A DNA stretch of 64,000 nt from a virus (Duplodnaviria > Caudoviricetes), in IMG/VR virus record IMGVR_UViG_3300027708_000015. The stretch is one strand, 5' to 3'. The notes under the pieces are model-generated. The model was not told the origin of the DNA and searched no databases. It saw only the letters and a program-made list of their open reading frames with translations. Shown here piece after piece: positions 21,001-30,154 of the stretch (positions are counted from its first letter, which is position 1; every line of letters starts with the position of its first letter). Made by a program: the position numbers and the translations under genes.

Positions 21001-24000
21001 CTGTTAGTCCGCCAATCATCGGAGAAGAAAATATCACAGGATTCAATGCTACCAATGATGAAGTATCTGCCATAGTGAGTTTGGGATAATTTGAACCCCA
21101 ATAGGCATTGGTTGCACCGTTAACTACACCTGCTGTTGATGCTGTTACTGTCAAACTAATAAGTGTAGAAGAAATAGTAAAACTAGTAGAACTAACAATT
21201 TCGTTAATATAGTAAACTGTGCCAACTGATATTCCACCTAATGCTGTTCCTGTAAACTGTATCGGATAATTAACAACCATATTGGTTGTTGAGCCTTGCA
21301 GATAACTTGTATTAGAACTAAAATTCATAGTCATAGTACCAGTACCACTGATTAACTGCCACACTGTGCCAAATGGTTGATTAGTAATTTGTATCGTTGT
21401 GCTGTCAACAATTGCAAAAATATAATATGTTTGCGTTGGATTAACTGTACTGAATGTTGTGCCACTAAAAGTCACTGCTTGGTTAAATACCAATCCCACA
21501 GTGCTTGCAACTGTGAATGTATTAATTGTTCCACCAAATGCCTGCGTAACTGTAGTTGTTGCTAGAGATGTTGAAGTAACCGAAGTTGTATAGTATGTGG
21601 GAATAAATTGAACTGGCTGATTCAAATATAATGATGCCGTTGACGTAGTAGTTAATAAACTTCCGCTACTGGCAGTTGCAGTTATAGGTACTGCTGAAAA
21701 AGATTCTTTTAGTAACCAAGCTACTTTAGTTCCGCTATTATAATATGAGATATAACCGTATTGGCCTGCGCCCGTACCGCCTTGTATGAATACTCGCATA
21801 CCGGTATAGTTACCATTAGTGTTCGTATCTGCCTGCGATAATTGCACATACTGAGGATTACCTGCTTGAGCATTATTAGACGCAGTAAGATAGCCAGCGC
21901 CGCCGGTTATACCATTACTATCTGTAACTACACGTGATTGAAACACTGCACCGCTACGAATTTCATCTCCAATTGTTACAACACCGGTACCTGCACCAGT
22001 AATATTGTAATTAGCATAGGCAGTAAACTTGGATGTGTTGGTTACTTCCAAGTAAAAACTCGGCGTAAAATTAGATTTTGATAACTCAGTCTGGGACGCA
22101 TAAACAAATGTGTACTGCCCAATGGAGCCATTATAGCCTCTAGGATACAATCTATATTGTAGTTGTGTGTTCAAGCCGGTTGTATCGTATACTGAAAACC
22201 ATATTCTTATCCATCCAGCTGTGGGATCAGTTGCTGATAGTTGTTGATTGATAGCGCCATAGTTTACGGGCAATAATCCGCCACCAGAATTTCCTGCTGT
22301 TACTACTCCTGTATCAAAATTGTAACTGATACTACTGGTCACTGTGCTTGATCCAGAAAATATTGCATACAAATCAACAATTGACGATGTGCCTTTTTTC
22401 ACATAAGCACTTAGAGTATATCCCAACGCACTGTTAATTGGAACTGTTCCAACACTTGATACACTTGTAACCACATTACCGCTTACTCCGGTTATTGTAA
22501 TGATACAATCATTGACATTATCAACACCGCCTAGTGTACTACCAGCAATATATAATGTGTTACCGTTTACATACCCGGCGCCACCGTCTGATACAGTAAC
22601 AACATATGCAGTAGCGGTAACTGTAACGTTGAACAGTGCTGGATTATTGGCGCCGGTACCACCGCTACCTAGAATATTTGTACCACCTAAATTACTATAA
22701 ACTGCGCCAGCCGCTGGCACACTGATATTCTGATAAACATAACTTCCGTTAGGGCCGGCAGAATTTCCTGCAATAGCCCATGCCTCAGTCAGACCAGTCG
22801 GTGCTGTAGTATTCTTGTTAAATGACACGTTTGAATCATTAAGCCAACTGCCGCCTAGGAAATTATTGCTGAAATTTAATAAATTAGTAGTTGTTGTATT
22901 GTAGGCCGATCCAGAATTGGAGAAAGTCAATCTTACCAATTGAGCTTGAGCGCCAAACGCACTTTGTACTTGGGCTTGTACTTGGCTACTTTGATTATAA
23001 ACGATGCCGGTCGCTGGTGTTTCTGTGAGGTCGTAACCTTCTGCAATAACGCCGTATGTACCATAACTAGTGTTACCGTTGGTAGCACGTATACGTCCAC
23101 CATTTTCTGCAAAATATCCACAGTATCCGTAGTATGAAAATATAGATACTGCTTCTGTTAATGCGCCTGGACCAGTACACCAAAGTCCGACACCGTCACT
23201 AATAATGTGTGTGAAATCATTACAAACAATTGATTTATTACCGCCATTGTGTAGATTACCGTCAATCTTTAAACCAGTACAGCCGTTACCAAATGATGAA
23301 ATATTTTGAACATATGGGCTACGTCGATAGATCCACGCTGTGGTGTCAGTTGGGCCCGACCCGGGATCTAAGCTAGCATAACTTCCTCCTGTAGGTCGTT
23401 GTATATAAAAAGCATCTGGATTTGATAAGGTACCTAACAGCCCGGTTAGAGTCATGTTGCGCAAACCAGAACCGTTGCGAAGACGGAACATGTCTTTCAC
23501 ACAGTCACCCGCATAAACTGTCATATGAGTGCCTAATGCAACACTGCCTACGCCGGTTGTCAATGGAAATATTGTTGAGCCAACTACGGTCACTGTTGCT
23601 ATGGCTCCTGAGATCACAGACGCCACTGTAATGATAATATCGTTAGCAGTTATGGTTGCAGTACCAGTACCAGTGCCAACTCCTGTTGCAGTAAATCTTA
23701 TACCAACAGTACTGGCACTAGCACCAATTGCAGTAAAATCAGTTGTGCCAACAGATATAATTGTGTATTGGAATCCTGTTATAAAAAATCCTGCAACAGT
23801 TGAGGCGATTCCAAGACTACTGCCTAAAATTCTTATTGTGCTACCAGCCACATAGTTTGTGCCGCCATATGCCACGCTCACAGAGTAGGTTCCATCTTGT
23901 ACTGGGGTCACATTGAATGTTGCACCTGTACCAGTTGCTGTTATATTGGTTCCCGAGACAGAATAATACGTTCCAGACAATGCAGTAATTTTAAATTGTG

Positions 24001-26815
24001 TAGCAGTGATTGTTGCACCTACAACATAATAAGTTGTTCCTGGAGTTATGCCGCCAAACCCATAATATGGATTTGTTCCTATGACAGAAGTAATACTTGG
24101 GTTAACAAACTGCAATGCTGTTTGATCTACAAATTGACTGGTACTGTTAACTGTAACTAGATTGCTGCCACTTGTAGTAGCAGTGCATTGCAGAGTCAAA
24201 ATAATTGCTGGAGAAACTGTTACTCCGCGCAGTTCGTCCCCAATAATGGCCACGTTGGCGGGCACCACAATTGGTAGGGTTTCGAAATAACTTCCAGTCT
24301 TGACAAAAATACTGGCAGTTATTCCGCTGTTGGAAGGTGGTACCAGTGCAGTGCTCTGATTAGTAAGTGCTGTGGTCACAATGCTCAGCAATGAAGATGC
24401 TAATGCAGTTGCTCCCAGCTCGGGGCCAGCACTTGTTGTTTTTTGATAAACTACGGGTGTTATTGAATTTGCGGTTTGATATATTGCACCATTACCGACG
24501 ACATTATTGGTCAACGCTGTTTGTATAAACGTGCCTAACTGAAGTAATCCAGATAGGAAATATGGTAGTTCTGCTAGACTGGCAGCATTGATGAATGTAG
24601 TTGAACTACCAAATGCAAAATATGCCAGGGTGGCTGCGACTGTTTGACTGTTGCCGCCACGTGACATGTCATACACTATGGCATCAATGATATATCCTGC
24701 ATCGCGTATAGTCTTGGTTTGATCGAATACTGAACTGGGAGTAAATCCATTAGTACTGGCCGCTTTTTGAGACAGCATCCAGTAGTACATTTCTGTGGTC
24801 AACCAAGTTTTATTTGCTGTGATAAGAGCAGTTGCGTTTTGATTAATAGTTCCAGCACCGACAAAGTTACATGCGTATGCAATGGTCTTCCAAGGTTGGT
24901 CCCAAGTAGTTCCGTAGTCTGCACGGTCTATACCTGTTTTTGTTGAAACATAGTAAACAGCATTGACCTGATTGATTTTATTCCAAGCCGGAGCCGTTGT
25001 TACGGTGCCAGTGACTCCGGTGCTAGCTACTGCTTTGAGTGTATATTGATTAGTTCCGATCGGTAATGCAGTATAAGAACTAGTAGCATTTGAATAGTAT
25101 TCAGTATCACCAATAGTATTCATTGCATTTTTTCTAGCATGAGGTATGTAAAATATCCAATAGATATTTGTAGTATCAGCATCAGGACGATTATTTTGTG
25201 GAGAAAGTTGTGAGGTGTGCGTTTGGACACAAACATAAGTACCGTTTTGCCAAACAGCCAAATCGCCCACTATGTATGTGGTCCCAACGGTCCAGGTTTT
25301 GGTCCAATAGCGTCCCGGAATAACTATCTTCCAATTGATATAATTGGTACCCACTAGCGATAGTGATTGACCATCTGTGAGTGCTGTATCATTTACTGCA
25401 CTGACTGTGATTGTAGTTGCGGTATTATCAATGTTGATAACAGTTTGTCCAGCACTAAAGCCGTTGCCAATAACATTCATGCCAATCGTTATGCCTGAAA
25501 CTGAATTGAGTTTTAATACAGTGCCTGAACTGCCAGTTGTGGAATATGTTTTGCTAACACTATAAGAGCTTGGGTCTTGTGCAGTATTATCAGCAATGGC
25601 ATCAAAGAACATGCCATTACGCCTAATCACATCACCAATTCGATAATTGGTTGCAGAACCCCATTCTCCCCTGAAATTAAAACCTTGTGTCAACACTCCC
25701 CAGTCAGTCGCATCAACTGATGGTGTATTACCTATGTTGTTAGCAGTTTTACTATAGTAGGTATATCCACCATATGATACAGTGTCTCCTGTTTGGTATA
25801 CAGTACCAACATTCCAAGAGCCAACGTATTCAAATCCTGGCATCCATGTGGTCCATTTGGCTTGATCAAAACCATTAATGCTGACTGTTAATCCTGTCAA
25901 CGTTCCCTGAACAGTGGTCAGTTGACCTGTGTTTGCAATAGCGTTTGCATAGGTATTTGATAATGTAAACGTGCTGGCTCCATCGGTTGCACTCACATAA
26001 TACGTTGTTGTTGCTCCGGCGTATCCTGAGATAGATCCAGTCGCTGTTGAAGCCAGTTGTCCAGAAACAGTAACAGCTTGCCCAATAATAAGTGTGCCGC
26101 CGGTATAAGAAAATTGTCCAGCGGTTCCGGTTGTAGCAACAGTGCTTAACGTGTTAGCTACGACACTGGTATGTCCGTTGATGGCAGACCACAAGTCCGG
26201 ACCGTATTTTACAATGTCATTGGTTTTGTATCTAACATTTGATGACCATGTGCCTTTGTATTCGACACCACTATCTATAATGGTCCATGCTGATTGATTT
26301 GCCTCTAAGCCCAGTGTATTGCTTGCAGAACTAGTATGGTTGGCTATGCACTTGTAAACAATGCCGCCATATTTGACCACATCATTTTTGCCGTAGACAT
26401 TATTTGGAAGCCAGCCCACTGACCTCCATGCATTAAATTCTGAATACTGAGTCCAATAAGATGCTTGGCTAGCAAAAGCTGTGCTAGTGTGTTTGGTGTT
26501 GGCATAATAAATAACGCCGCCAAATGACACAATGTTTCCTAAACTGTACGCTTGACCAGTTTGCCATGCTCCGCCGTTGGCTGTGACAAAAGTCTTGCCA
26601 TCTACAATCATGTTCCAGTATGGTGTGCTTGCTCCGGTCTGAGTAACGTAATACAAGTCGTTGTAAAAACTTGTAGCATCAGATGTATTTGGAAGTAGGC
26701 AAACATAGGCTTTACCTTGATAACTGACAACATCATCTCGAGCGTAGATAGTAGCAGGCGTCCATACACCCTTCCATGAAAATCTCAATCTTCCAATTTT
26801 AAATTCTGCAGCCAT
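18038..26815 (-). CDS. Giant virion fibre/adhesin protein (2925 aa), paralog of 6887..17992
   Basis: Same architecture: MAAEFKIGRLRF start, CBM5/12-like repeats, GDELR, GLRNMT, RATNGN, YGNG repeats, GRVFFTSTDQDGNF. Confidence 0.8.
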   Translation of the reverse strand: MAAEFKIGRLRFSWKGVWTPATIYARDDVVSYQGKAYVCLLPNTSDATSFYNDLYYVTQTGASTPYWNMIVDGKTFVTANGGAWQTGQAYSLGNIVSFGGVIYYANTKHTSTAFASQASYWTQYSEFNAWRSVGWLPNNVYGKNDVVKYGGIVYKCIANHTSSASNTLGLEANQSAWTIIDSGVEYKGTWSSNVRYKTNDIVKYGPDLWSAINGHTSVVANTLSTVATTGTAGQFSYTGGTLIIGQAVTVSGQLASTATGSISGYAGATTTYYVSATDGASTFTLSNTYANAIANTGQLTTVQGTLTGLTVSINGFDQAKWTTWMPGFEYVGSWNVGTVYQTGDTVSYGGYTYYSKTANNIGNTPSVDATDWGVLTQGFNFRGEWGSATNYRIGDVIRRNGMFFDAIADNTAQDPSSYSVSKTYSTTGSSGTVLKLNSVSGITIGMNVIGNGFSAGQTVINIDNTATTITVSAVNDTALTDGQSLSLVGTNYINWKIVIPGRYWTKTWTVGTTYIVGDLAVWQNGTYVCVQTHTSQLSPQNNRPDADTTNIYWIFYIPHARKNAMNTIGDTEYYSNATSSYTALPIGTNQYTLKAVASTGVTGTVTTAPAWNKINQVNAVYYVSTKTGIDRADYGTTWDQPWKTIAYACNFVGAGTINQNATALITANKTWLTTEMYYWMLSQKAASTNGFTPSSVFDQTKTIRDAGYIIDAIVYDMSRGGNSQTVAATLAYFAFGSSTTFINAASLAELPYFLSGLLQLGTFIQTALTNNVVGNGAIYQTANSITPVVYQKTTSAGPELGATALASSLLSIVTTALTNQSTALVPPSNSGITASIFVKTGSYFETLPIVVPANVAIIGDELRGVTVSPAIILTLQCTATTSGSNLVTVNSTSQFVDQTALQFVNPSITSVIGTNPYYGFGGITPGTTYYVVGATITATQFKITALSGTYYSVSGTNITATGTGATFNVTPVQDGTYSVSVAYGGTNYVAGSTIRILGSSLGIASTVAGFFITGFQYTIISVGTTDFTAIGASASTVGIRFTATGVGTGTGTATITANDIIITVASVISGAIATVTVVGSTIFPLTTGVGSVALGTHMTVYAGDCVKDMFRLRNGSGLRNMTLTGLLGTLSNPDAFYIQRPTGGSYASLDPGSGPTDTTAWIYRRSPYVQNISSFGNGCTGLKIDGNLHNGGNKSIVCNDFTHIISDGVGLWCTGPGALTEAVSIFSYYGYCGYFAENGGRIRATNGNTSYGTYGVIAEGYDLTETPATGIVYNQSSQVQAQVQSAFGAQAQLVRLTFSNSGSAYNTTTTNLLNFSNNFLGGSWLNDSNVSFNKNTTAPTGLTEAWAIAGNSAGPNGSYVYQNISVPAAGAVYSNLGGTNILGSGGTGANNPALFNVTVTATAYVVTVSDGGAGYVNGNTLYIAGSTLGGVDNVNDCIITITGVSGNVVTSVSSVGTVPINSALGYTLSAYVKKGTSSIVDLYAIFSGSSTVTSSISYNFDTGVVTAGNSGGGLLPVNYGAINQQLSATDPTAGWIRIWFSVYDTTGLNTQLQYRLYPRGYNGSIGQYTFVYASQTELSKSNFTPSFYLEVTNTSKFTAYANYNITGAGTGVVTIGDEIRSGAVFQSRVVTDSNGITGGAGYLTASNNAQAGNPQYVQLSQADTNTNGNYTGMRVFIQGGTGAGQYGYISYYNSGTKVAWLLKESFSAVPITATASSGSLLTTTSTASLYLNQPVQFIPTYYTTSVTSTSLATTTVTQAFGGTINTFTVASTVGLVFNQAVTFSGTTFSTVNPTQTYYIFAIVDSTTIQITNQPFGTVWQLISGTGTMTMNFSSNTSYLQGSTTNMVVNYPIQFTGTALGGISVGTVYYINEIVSSTSFTISSTLISLTVTASTAGVVNGATNAYWGSNYPKLTMADTSSLVALNPVIFSSPMIGGLTDSQKYYIAKILNSTTIAISTTIISVTVTRFEAGTNLITVSSTTGFQQDHPIRFVGAAINTISPESTYYISAINNATTFTITTLPGQAVVQCTATTTGYMTATTCPQATQVTTATGGTMTLSSTSAKTSLSLGIGSMNATFSTQLFGGPQIGQTYYIQSIPDSLHFSVALNTGTISGTSTSASPISLADKTGSMSIAAVGWDHINPGTQPVVALDSSSQYFIEPRTTFTQPAFTQSVATSVVALSLGTTYATMAHGNGYWIALASSGTVAAGSSDGTTWTSITLPGSSFVGIAYGNGYWVIISSGGVSNSTFAISKSNGAGWRTVTSAPTNSWSSIAYGNGTFSVIASNTNNAIYSTNYGISWTSATLPSSAPWSCMTYGGSAPNNVTGGRFVALASGVRYAGVASQVVVATGTSATFNVVVNPSAYTVTVANGGSGYTVGDTVKVLGTSVGGTTPANDILITISGVNPTSSNAVGSVTFTGTPVTTTATIAAYSATGATWISVTLPASGAWSSVAYGNGLFVAVATGTGATPVYSQDGVVWYAANNIISADKISYGQGVFVTVSASSTTAYTSENGFDWKSRTVSNDGYSAMAFGFVGASGATQYNGVFSTLAGRNTGSVISAGCQTKARASIASNIITSLNLFEPGSGYSVAPSVSFVDPNVTTLASISPRIANGVLSSPTFANRGTGYNTNSTSVIVTGNGYADQYQTGLQIILNNLTRLPSPGDNLTITGVSQIFKVTSAYSVFNTVAPNLEANVSVSPSISTANATANGTTVSIRSKYSQARLTGHDFLNIGYGDFINSNYPGFPVGAYAAAQNNQSVEANYGRVFFTSTDQDGNFKVGNLFGVQQATGIVTLSASQFGLSGLSSLSLGGIAVGGSSVVVNQFSTDSTFTANSDNVIPTQKAIKKYLTDRLSAGGSNTFTGQLTAGTVVVGGPNFIRSTIPAGVIGSNVRFSALANFTGPNAAVDGNLPALSFFARTAFARSQ

Positions 26816-26827
26816 TTTTATATCCTA

Positions 26828-27208
26828 TTAAATTGCACTAACAATCTGAGCGGCACTGTAAATATATGTTTGATTTACACGAACAACCAATTGTCCCTGT
26901 GTGTCAATATAATAAAAACAATTTTTACTGTCCCAACGATACTGATCAAAATACAAGTTGGGGTAAGGTCTACTGTGATCTGTTGCTAGTCTACCATCAA
27001 AATAATCCACGCCATATTCAAAATTTTCAAAGTTTGCGCTGTTTGGTCCCGGCAAGTTCACTGCAATACTGGCAGTTGAACTCAATTGATCAACTTTGTT
27101 AAAAAACAATGTGCCATCATCCAATCTGCGCAGTCCGTAAAAGAATCTGGGATTGCCCTCTCCCAACATATCATTGTAACTTAGATCACCACCAACATAG
27201 TATGACAT
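26828..27208 (-). CDS. Hypothetical protein in the structural operon
   Basis: 126-aa aromatic-rich ORF (FFYGLRRLDDG) with AAGGA SD and tight spacing to neighbours. Confidence 0.65.
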   Translation of the reverse strand: MSYYVGGDLSYNDMLGEGNPRFFYGLRRLDDGTLFFNKVDQLSSTASIAVNLPGPNSANFENFEYGVDYFDGRLATDHSRPYPNLYFDQYRWDSKNCFYYIDTQGQLVVRVNQTYIYSAAQIVSAI

Positions 27209-27219
27209 AATCTTATCCT

Positions 27220-27771
27220 TTAACTAATTTCAACGTAGCTTGCTATTACATCAAGACTACCTGCTGTGTTGGTAGTAACCAACATGTTTGTGCTGGGCCC
27301 TAGTATAAGTTTTTCTCCCTGAGAAACTAATCTTAAACTTTGAAAGCCAGGTAAAATTACATTGTACGCATAATACGCTGTGGTAGATGCTACTGTATCT
27401 TGTAATTGCACAGAGACCGTGATAATATTTGCCGTGGTGTTTGTAAGGCTGATTCCAATTACTGTGGTCTTGGCACCGGCGTTTGATTGCCACAGTACTG
27501 GTGTAATTGTGCCACCTGTGGCAGCAGTAGTTGTTGAATTTGAATAGGTCACTGAAGTGAATGTTGCACCTGTCACAGTCTGATATCCATTGTACCCAGC
27601 TACGCTGACTCCGGCAACATAGATATAACTTCCAATAGGAAACGGAACAATGTCTTGCGCAGGAAATCTCAATGTCACAGACCCTGAACTGGGGCTGCTG
27701 GCTGCCACTGTGCCAACTGATATGATTGGGCTTATATTGTTCTGTAGCGAGTTTTTAAATACTGTTGCCAT
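27220..27771 (-). CDS. Small structural protein carrying an inserted beta-module
   Basis: C-terminal TTVIGISLTN...EKLILG resembles 31921..32247; about 75 extra residues near the N-terminus. Confidence 0.65.
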   Translation of the reverse strand: MATVFKNSLQNNISPIISVGTVAASSPSSGSVTLRFPAQDIVPFPIGSYIYVAGVSVAGYNGYQTVTGATFTSVTYSNSTTTAATGGTITPVLWQSNAGAKTTVIGISLTNTTANIITVSVQLQDTVASTTAYYAYNVILPGFQSLRLVSQGEKLILGPSTNMLVTTNTAGSLDVIASYVEIS

Positions 27772-27774
27772 GAT

Positions 27775-28839
27775 TTATCCTAAACTTATTACCACACCCA
27801 ATGCCACATCACTGGCCTGGGCAACAGTTACACCGCTACTTAGACCCGCAACGCTGGTCCATGATATACCGTTGTAAACTTCAACATATTGATTGTCTGT
27901 ACTGAAACGTAACATTCCTGTGGTAGAATTTGCAAATGCAGGGCGCTGTGCTGTGTTTCCTACCGGTACTACAACACCGTAGGTTCCGGCAAATTGAAAA
28001 TACCCATTACCTGTACTGGTCAGTTGTGTTACTGCATTATTGGCAGTATTGGTTACACTGCCTGTGGTAAATTTTAAATTGCCCAAGGCCACTCCGCTGG
28101 TTCCTGAAGTGGTGAAATTGATATCTACGTTACTGGTATTGGCGCTGATTGTGTTACCACTAATTGTGATGCTGGGCGTTCCTGTGGTTGAAAAACTACT
28201 TACATTTCCTGTAGTAGCATTGATATTGGTAGTGTTGACGTTTTGACTGTATACATTTTTCCATCGTAGGAGATTAGATCCCAGCGTGTATGTGTTAGTG
28301 GTTGCGGGTAAAATATTACTGCTAACTTCACCGGCAAATGTGATAGTATCTGTAGGCATATCGCCTAATTGAATATTTCCGTCAGCAGTGATTGTACCAG
28401 TAGCATGCAAGTTGCCTGTAACCAACACATCTGAATTTAAATTGATTGCACCTGTACCGTTGGCAACAATATTGATAGCGCCGTTGGTGTTTGTAGACGC
28501 TAGGGTATTGCCAGTTAGACTTAGATTCCCTACAAGTGCAGTACCCTGATAGATAGTTGCATTTGGACCGCTTGGGGTAAATGTAATTGATGAATTAATA
28601 CTGCTTATTGTACTGCCTGAAAAGGTCAGTAACCCCAGTGAAGCTGATCCACTGGTGTATAAATTTGTAGTTCGGGTTGTGCCGTTTACGCTTAGATCGT
28701 TGGTAGGAGTGGCTGTGTTGATACCCACGCGGCTATTAACAACATCTAAATAGAGAAGGTTCGTCTCAAAGGCCAAATTCTGCCCGTTGCGGAGCAAATT
28801 ATCCTTTAAGAGCGGACCGGAAATTCGACCGACAGCCAT
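27775..28839 (-). CDS. Fibre-like virion protein, paralog of 28980..30143
   Basis: GRISGPLLKDNLLRNG...LYLDV N-terminus and VPVGNTAQRP...GMLRF...VEVY C-terminus. Confidence 0.7.
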   Translation of the reverse strand: MAVGRISGPLLKDNLLRNGQNLAFETNLLYLDVVNSRVGINTATPTNDLSVNGTTRTTNLYTSGSASLGLLTFSGSTISSINSSITFTPSGPNATIYQGTALVGNLSLTGNTLASTNTNGAINIVANGTGAINLNSDVLVTGNLHATGTITADGNIQLGDMPTDTITFAGEVSSNILPATTNTYTLGSNLLRWKNVYSQNVNTTNINATTGNVSSFSTTGTPSITISGNTISANTSNVDINFTTSGTSGVALGNLKFTTGSVTNTANNAVTQLTSTGNGYFQFAGTYGVVVPVGNTAQRPAFANSTTGMLRFSTDNQYVEVYNGISWTSVAGLSSGVTVAQASDVALGVVISLG

Positions 28840-28960
28840 GTGCTCTCCTTGTACCCCCGTGTTTCACGGATAACCACCTTTTCATCCCTTGTTTCAAGGG
28901 CTCTTTGCGGGTTTACCACAGTCGGATATCGCAATGCTTGGTCAAGCACCGCAGTAAAAG
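28840..28960 (-). promoter_or_regulatory. Structured 5' leader (four hairpins) between late promoter and SD
   Basis: Hairpins at 28931-28952, 28906-28920, 28886-28900 and 28857-28869; SD AAGGAGA at 28844-28850. Confidence 0.6.
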
Positions 28961-28968
28961 TATTTAGC
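28961..28968 (-). promoter_or_regulatory. Late promoter GCTAAATA
   Basis: NNTAAATAC immediately upstream of the structured leader. Confidence 0.6.
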
Positions 28969-28979
28969 TGATTTGAATT

Positions 28980-30143
28980 TTAGTAGCCAAAGACGATGCT
29001 GTACAATGTTGAAGCGTCACTGACGTCTTGCACAGTAGCATTGGCATTTTGACCATAGGCCGGAATCCAACCTTGGCTTGAACTATAAACTTCCACATAG
29101 GCCAATGTGGTGTCATATCTTACAGTGCCTTCTACTGGGCTTGCTGGTCGATTAAGGTTGGTTCCCACAGGAACTGCTACACCGTTGGTGCCTGAGAATT
29201 TGTAGTATCCCTGGCCAGTAACAGCCAAACTCATATTACTGGCAATTTTGAAGGTGTTGGCAGTGCTGAAGAAATCAGAACCATTGATCCTAACTGACCC
29301 GGTGCCCGTAGTAGAAAAATTAATATCTCCTACAGTGTCGGATATAGTATTGCCTGTAAAATTTATATTGCCAAAATTTGCAGTTGTTAGTGCAAGTGGG
29401 CCCGATGTGGTTTGCCCTACAGTCAGCGTAGTCAAATACAGATTATTCCATTGCAAAGCACTGCTACCCAAATCCCACTCATATGATGTGCCTATATACA
29501 ACAAAGACTCATCATCTACTCCTGTAAACAATGGGCTAGATTGGCTTATTACATTTTGTGCAGATTGATTAACTATTCCCACGGGAACAATATTACTGGC
29601 CACTTCTGCTGTAATTGTTATACGATTACTGGTGCTGGTGCCCAGTGTAATACTACCGTCAAATGTTATGTTTCCAGTAGCATGTAAACTGCCATTTACT
29701 GTTGTTTGTACATTACCCGAGTCGTTGGCAAAATTAATACTGCCAGTGCCGTTGGGTGAAAAATTCACAGCGTTGTTGGTAACAGTATTGCTTAAGGTAT
29801 TGCTGTACAAATACAAGTTTGCAGTGCTTAATCCCGGAGTGATAATTCTGGGGTTTATGTTTTGACTGGGACTAATTGTTATTGAATTGCCAAGCACGTA
29901 CTGAATTGTGCTGCCGCTGACCACAAAGTTGCCAATGTCTGCTGTAGTATCAACTGTTAAGTTTACTGTGTCAATTGCTGTAGGCACATATAGATCGTTA
30001 ACTGGAGACGCATTGTTGAACCCGATGCGTTTGTTAACCACATCGAGATATAGGACTTTGTTGTCAAACGCTAAATTTGTACCATTGCGTACTAGGTTGT
30101 CTGCTAGTAGCGGGCCACCTATTCTTCCCTGCTGGACTGACAT
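28980..30143 (-). CDS. Fibre-like virion protein, paralog of 27775..28839
   Basis: GRIGGPLLADNLVRNG...LYLDV N-terminus; VPVGTNLNRP...GTVRY...VEVY C-terminus; SD GGAGG. Confidence 0.7.
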   Translation of the reverse strand: MSVQQGRIGGPLLADNLVRNGTNLAFDNKVLYLDVVNKRIGFNNASPVNDLYVPTAIDTVNLTVDTTADIGNFVVSGSTIQYVLGNSITISPSQNINPRIITPGLSTANLYLYSNTLSNTVTNNAVNFSPNGTGSINFANDSGNVQTTVNGSLHATGNITFDGSITLGTSTSNRITITAEVASNIVPVGIVNQSAQNVISQSSPLFTGVDDESLLYIGTSYEWDLGSSALQWNNLYLTTLTVGQTTSGPLALTTANFGNINFTGNTISDTVGDINFSTTGTGSVRINGSDFFSTANTFKIASNMSLAVTGQGYYKFSGTNGVAVPVGTNLNRPASPVEGTVRYDTTLAYVEVYSSSQGWIPAYGQNANATVQDVSDASTLYSIVFGY

Positions 30144-30154
30144 GTCAATCCTCC

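Noticed and set aside
7358-26532. Many 60-146 aa ORFs nested in or antisense to the giant fibre genes
   Set aside because: Shadow frames produced by Thr/Gly/Ala codon bias; no SD or protein-like features.
28840-28960. Calling the leader a c-di-GMP-I riboswitch
   Set aside because: Only two short words match; the GNRA arm and tetraloop receptor are absent. Kept as an unassigned leader.
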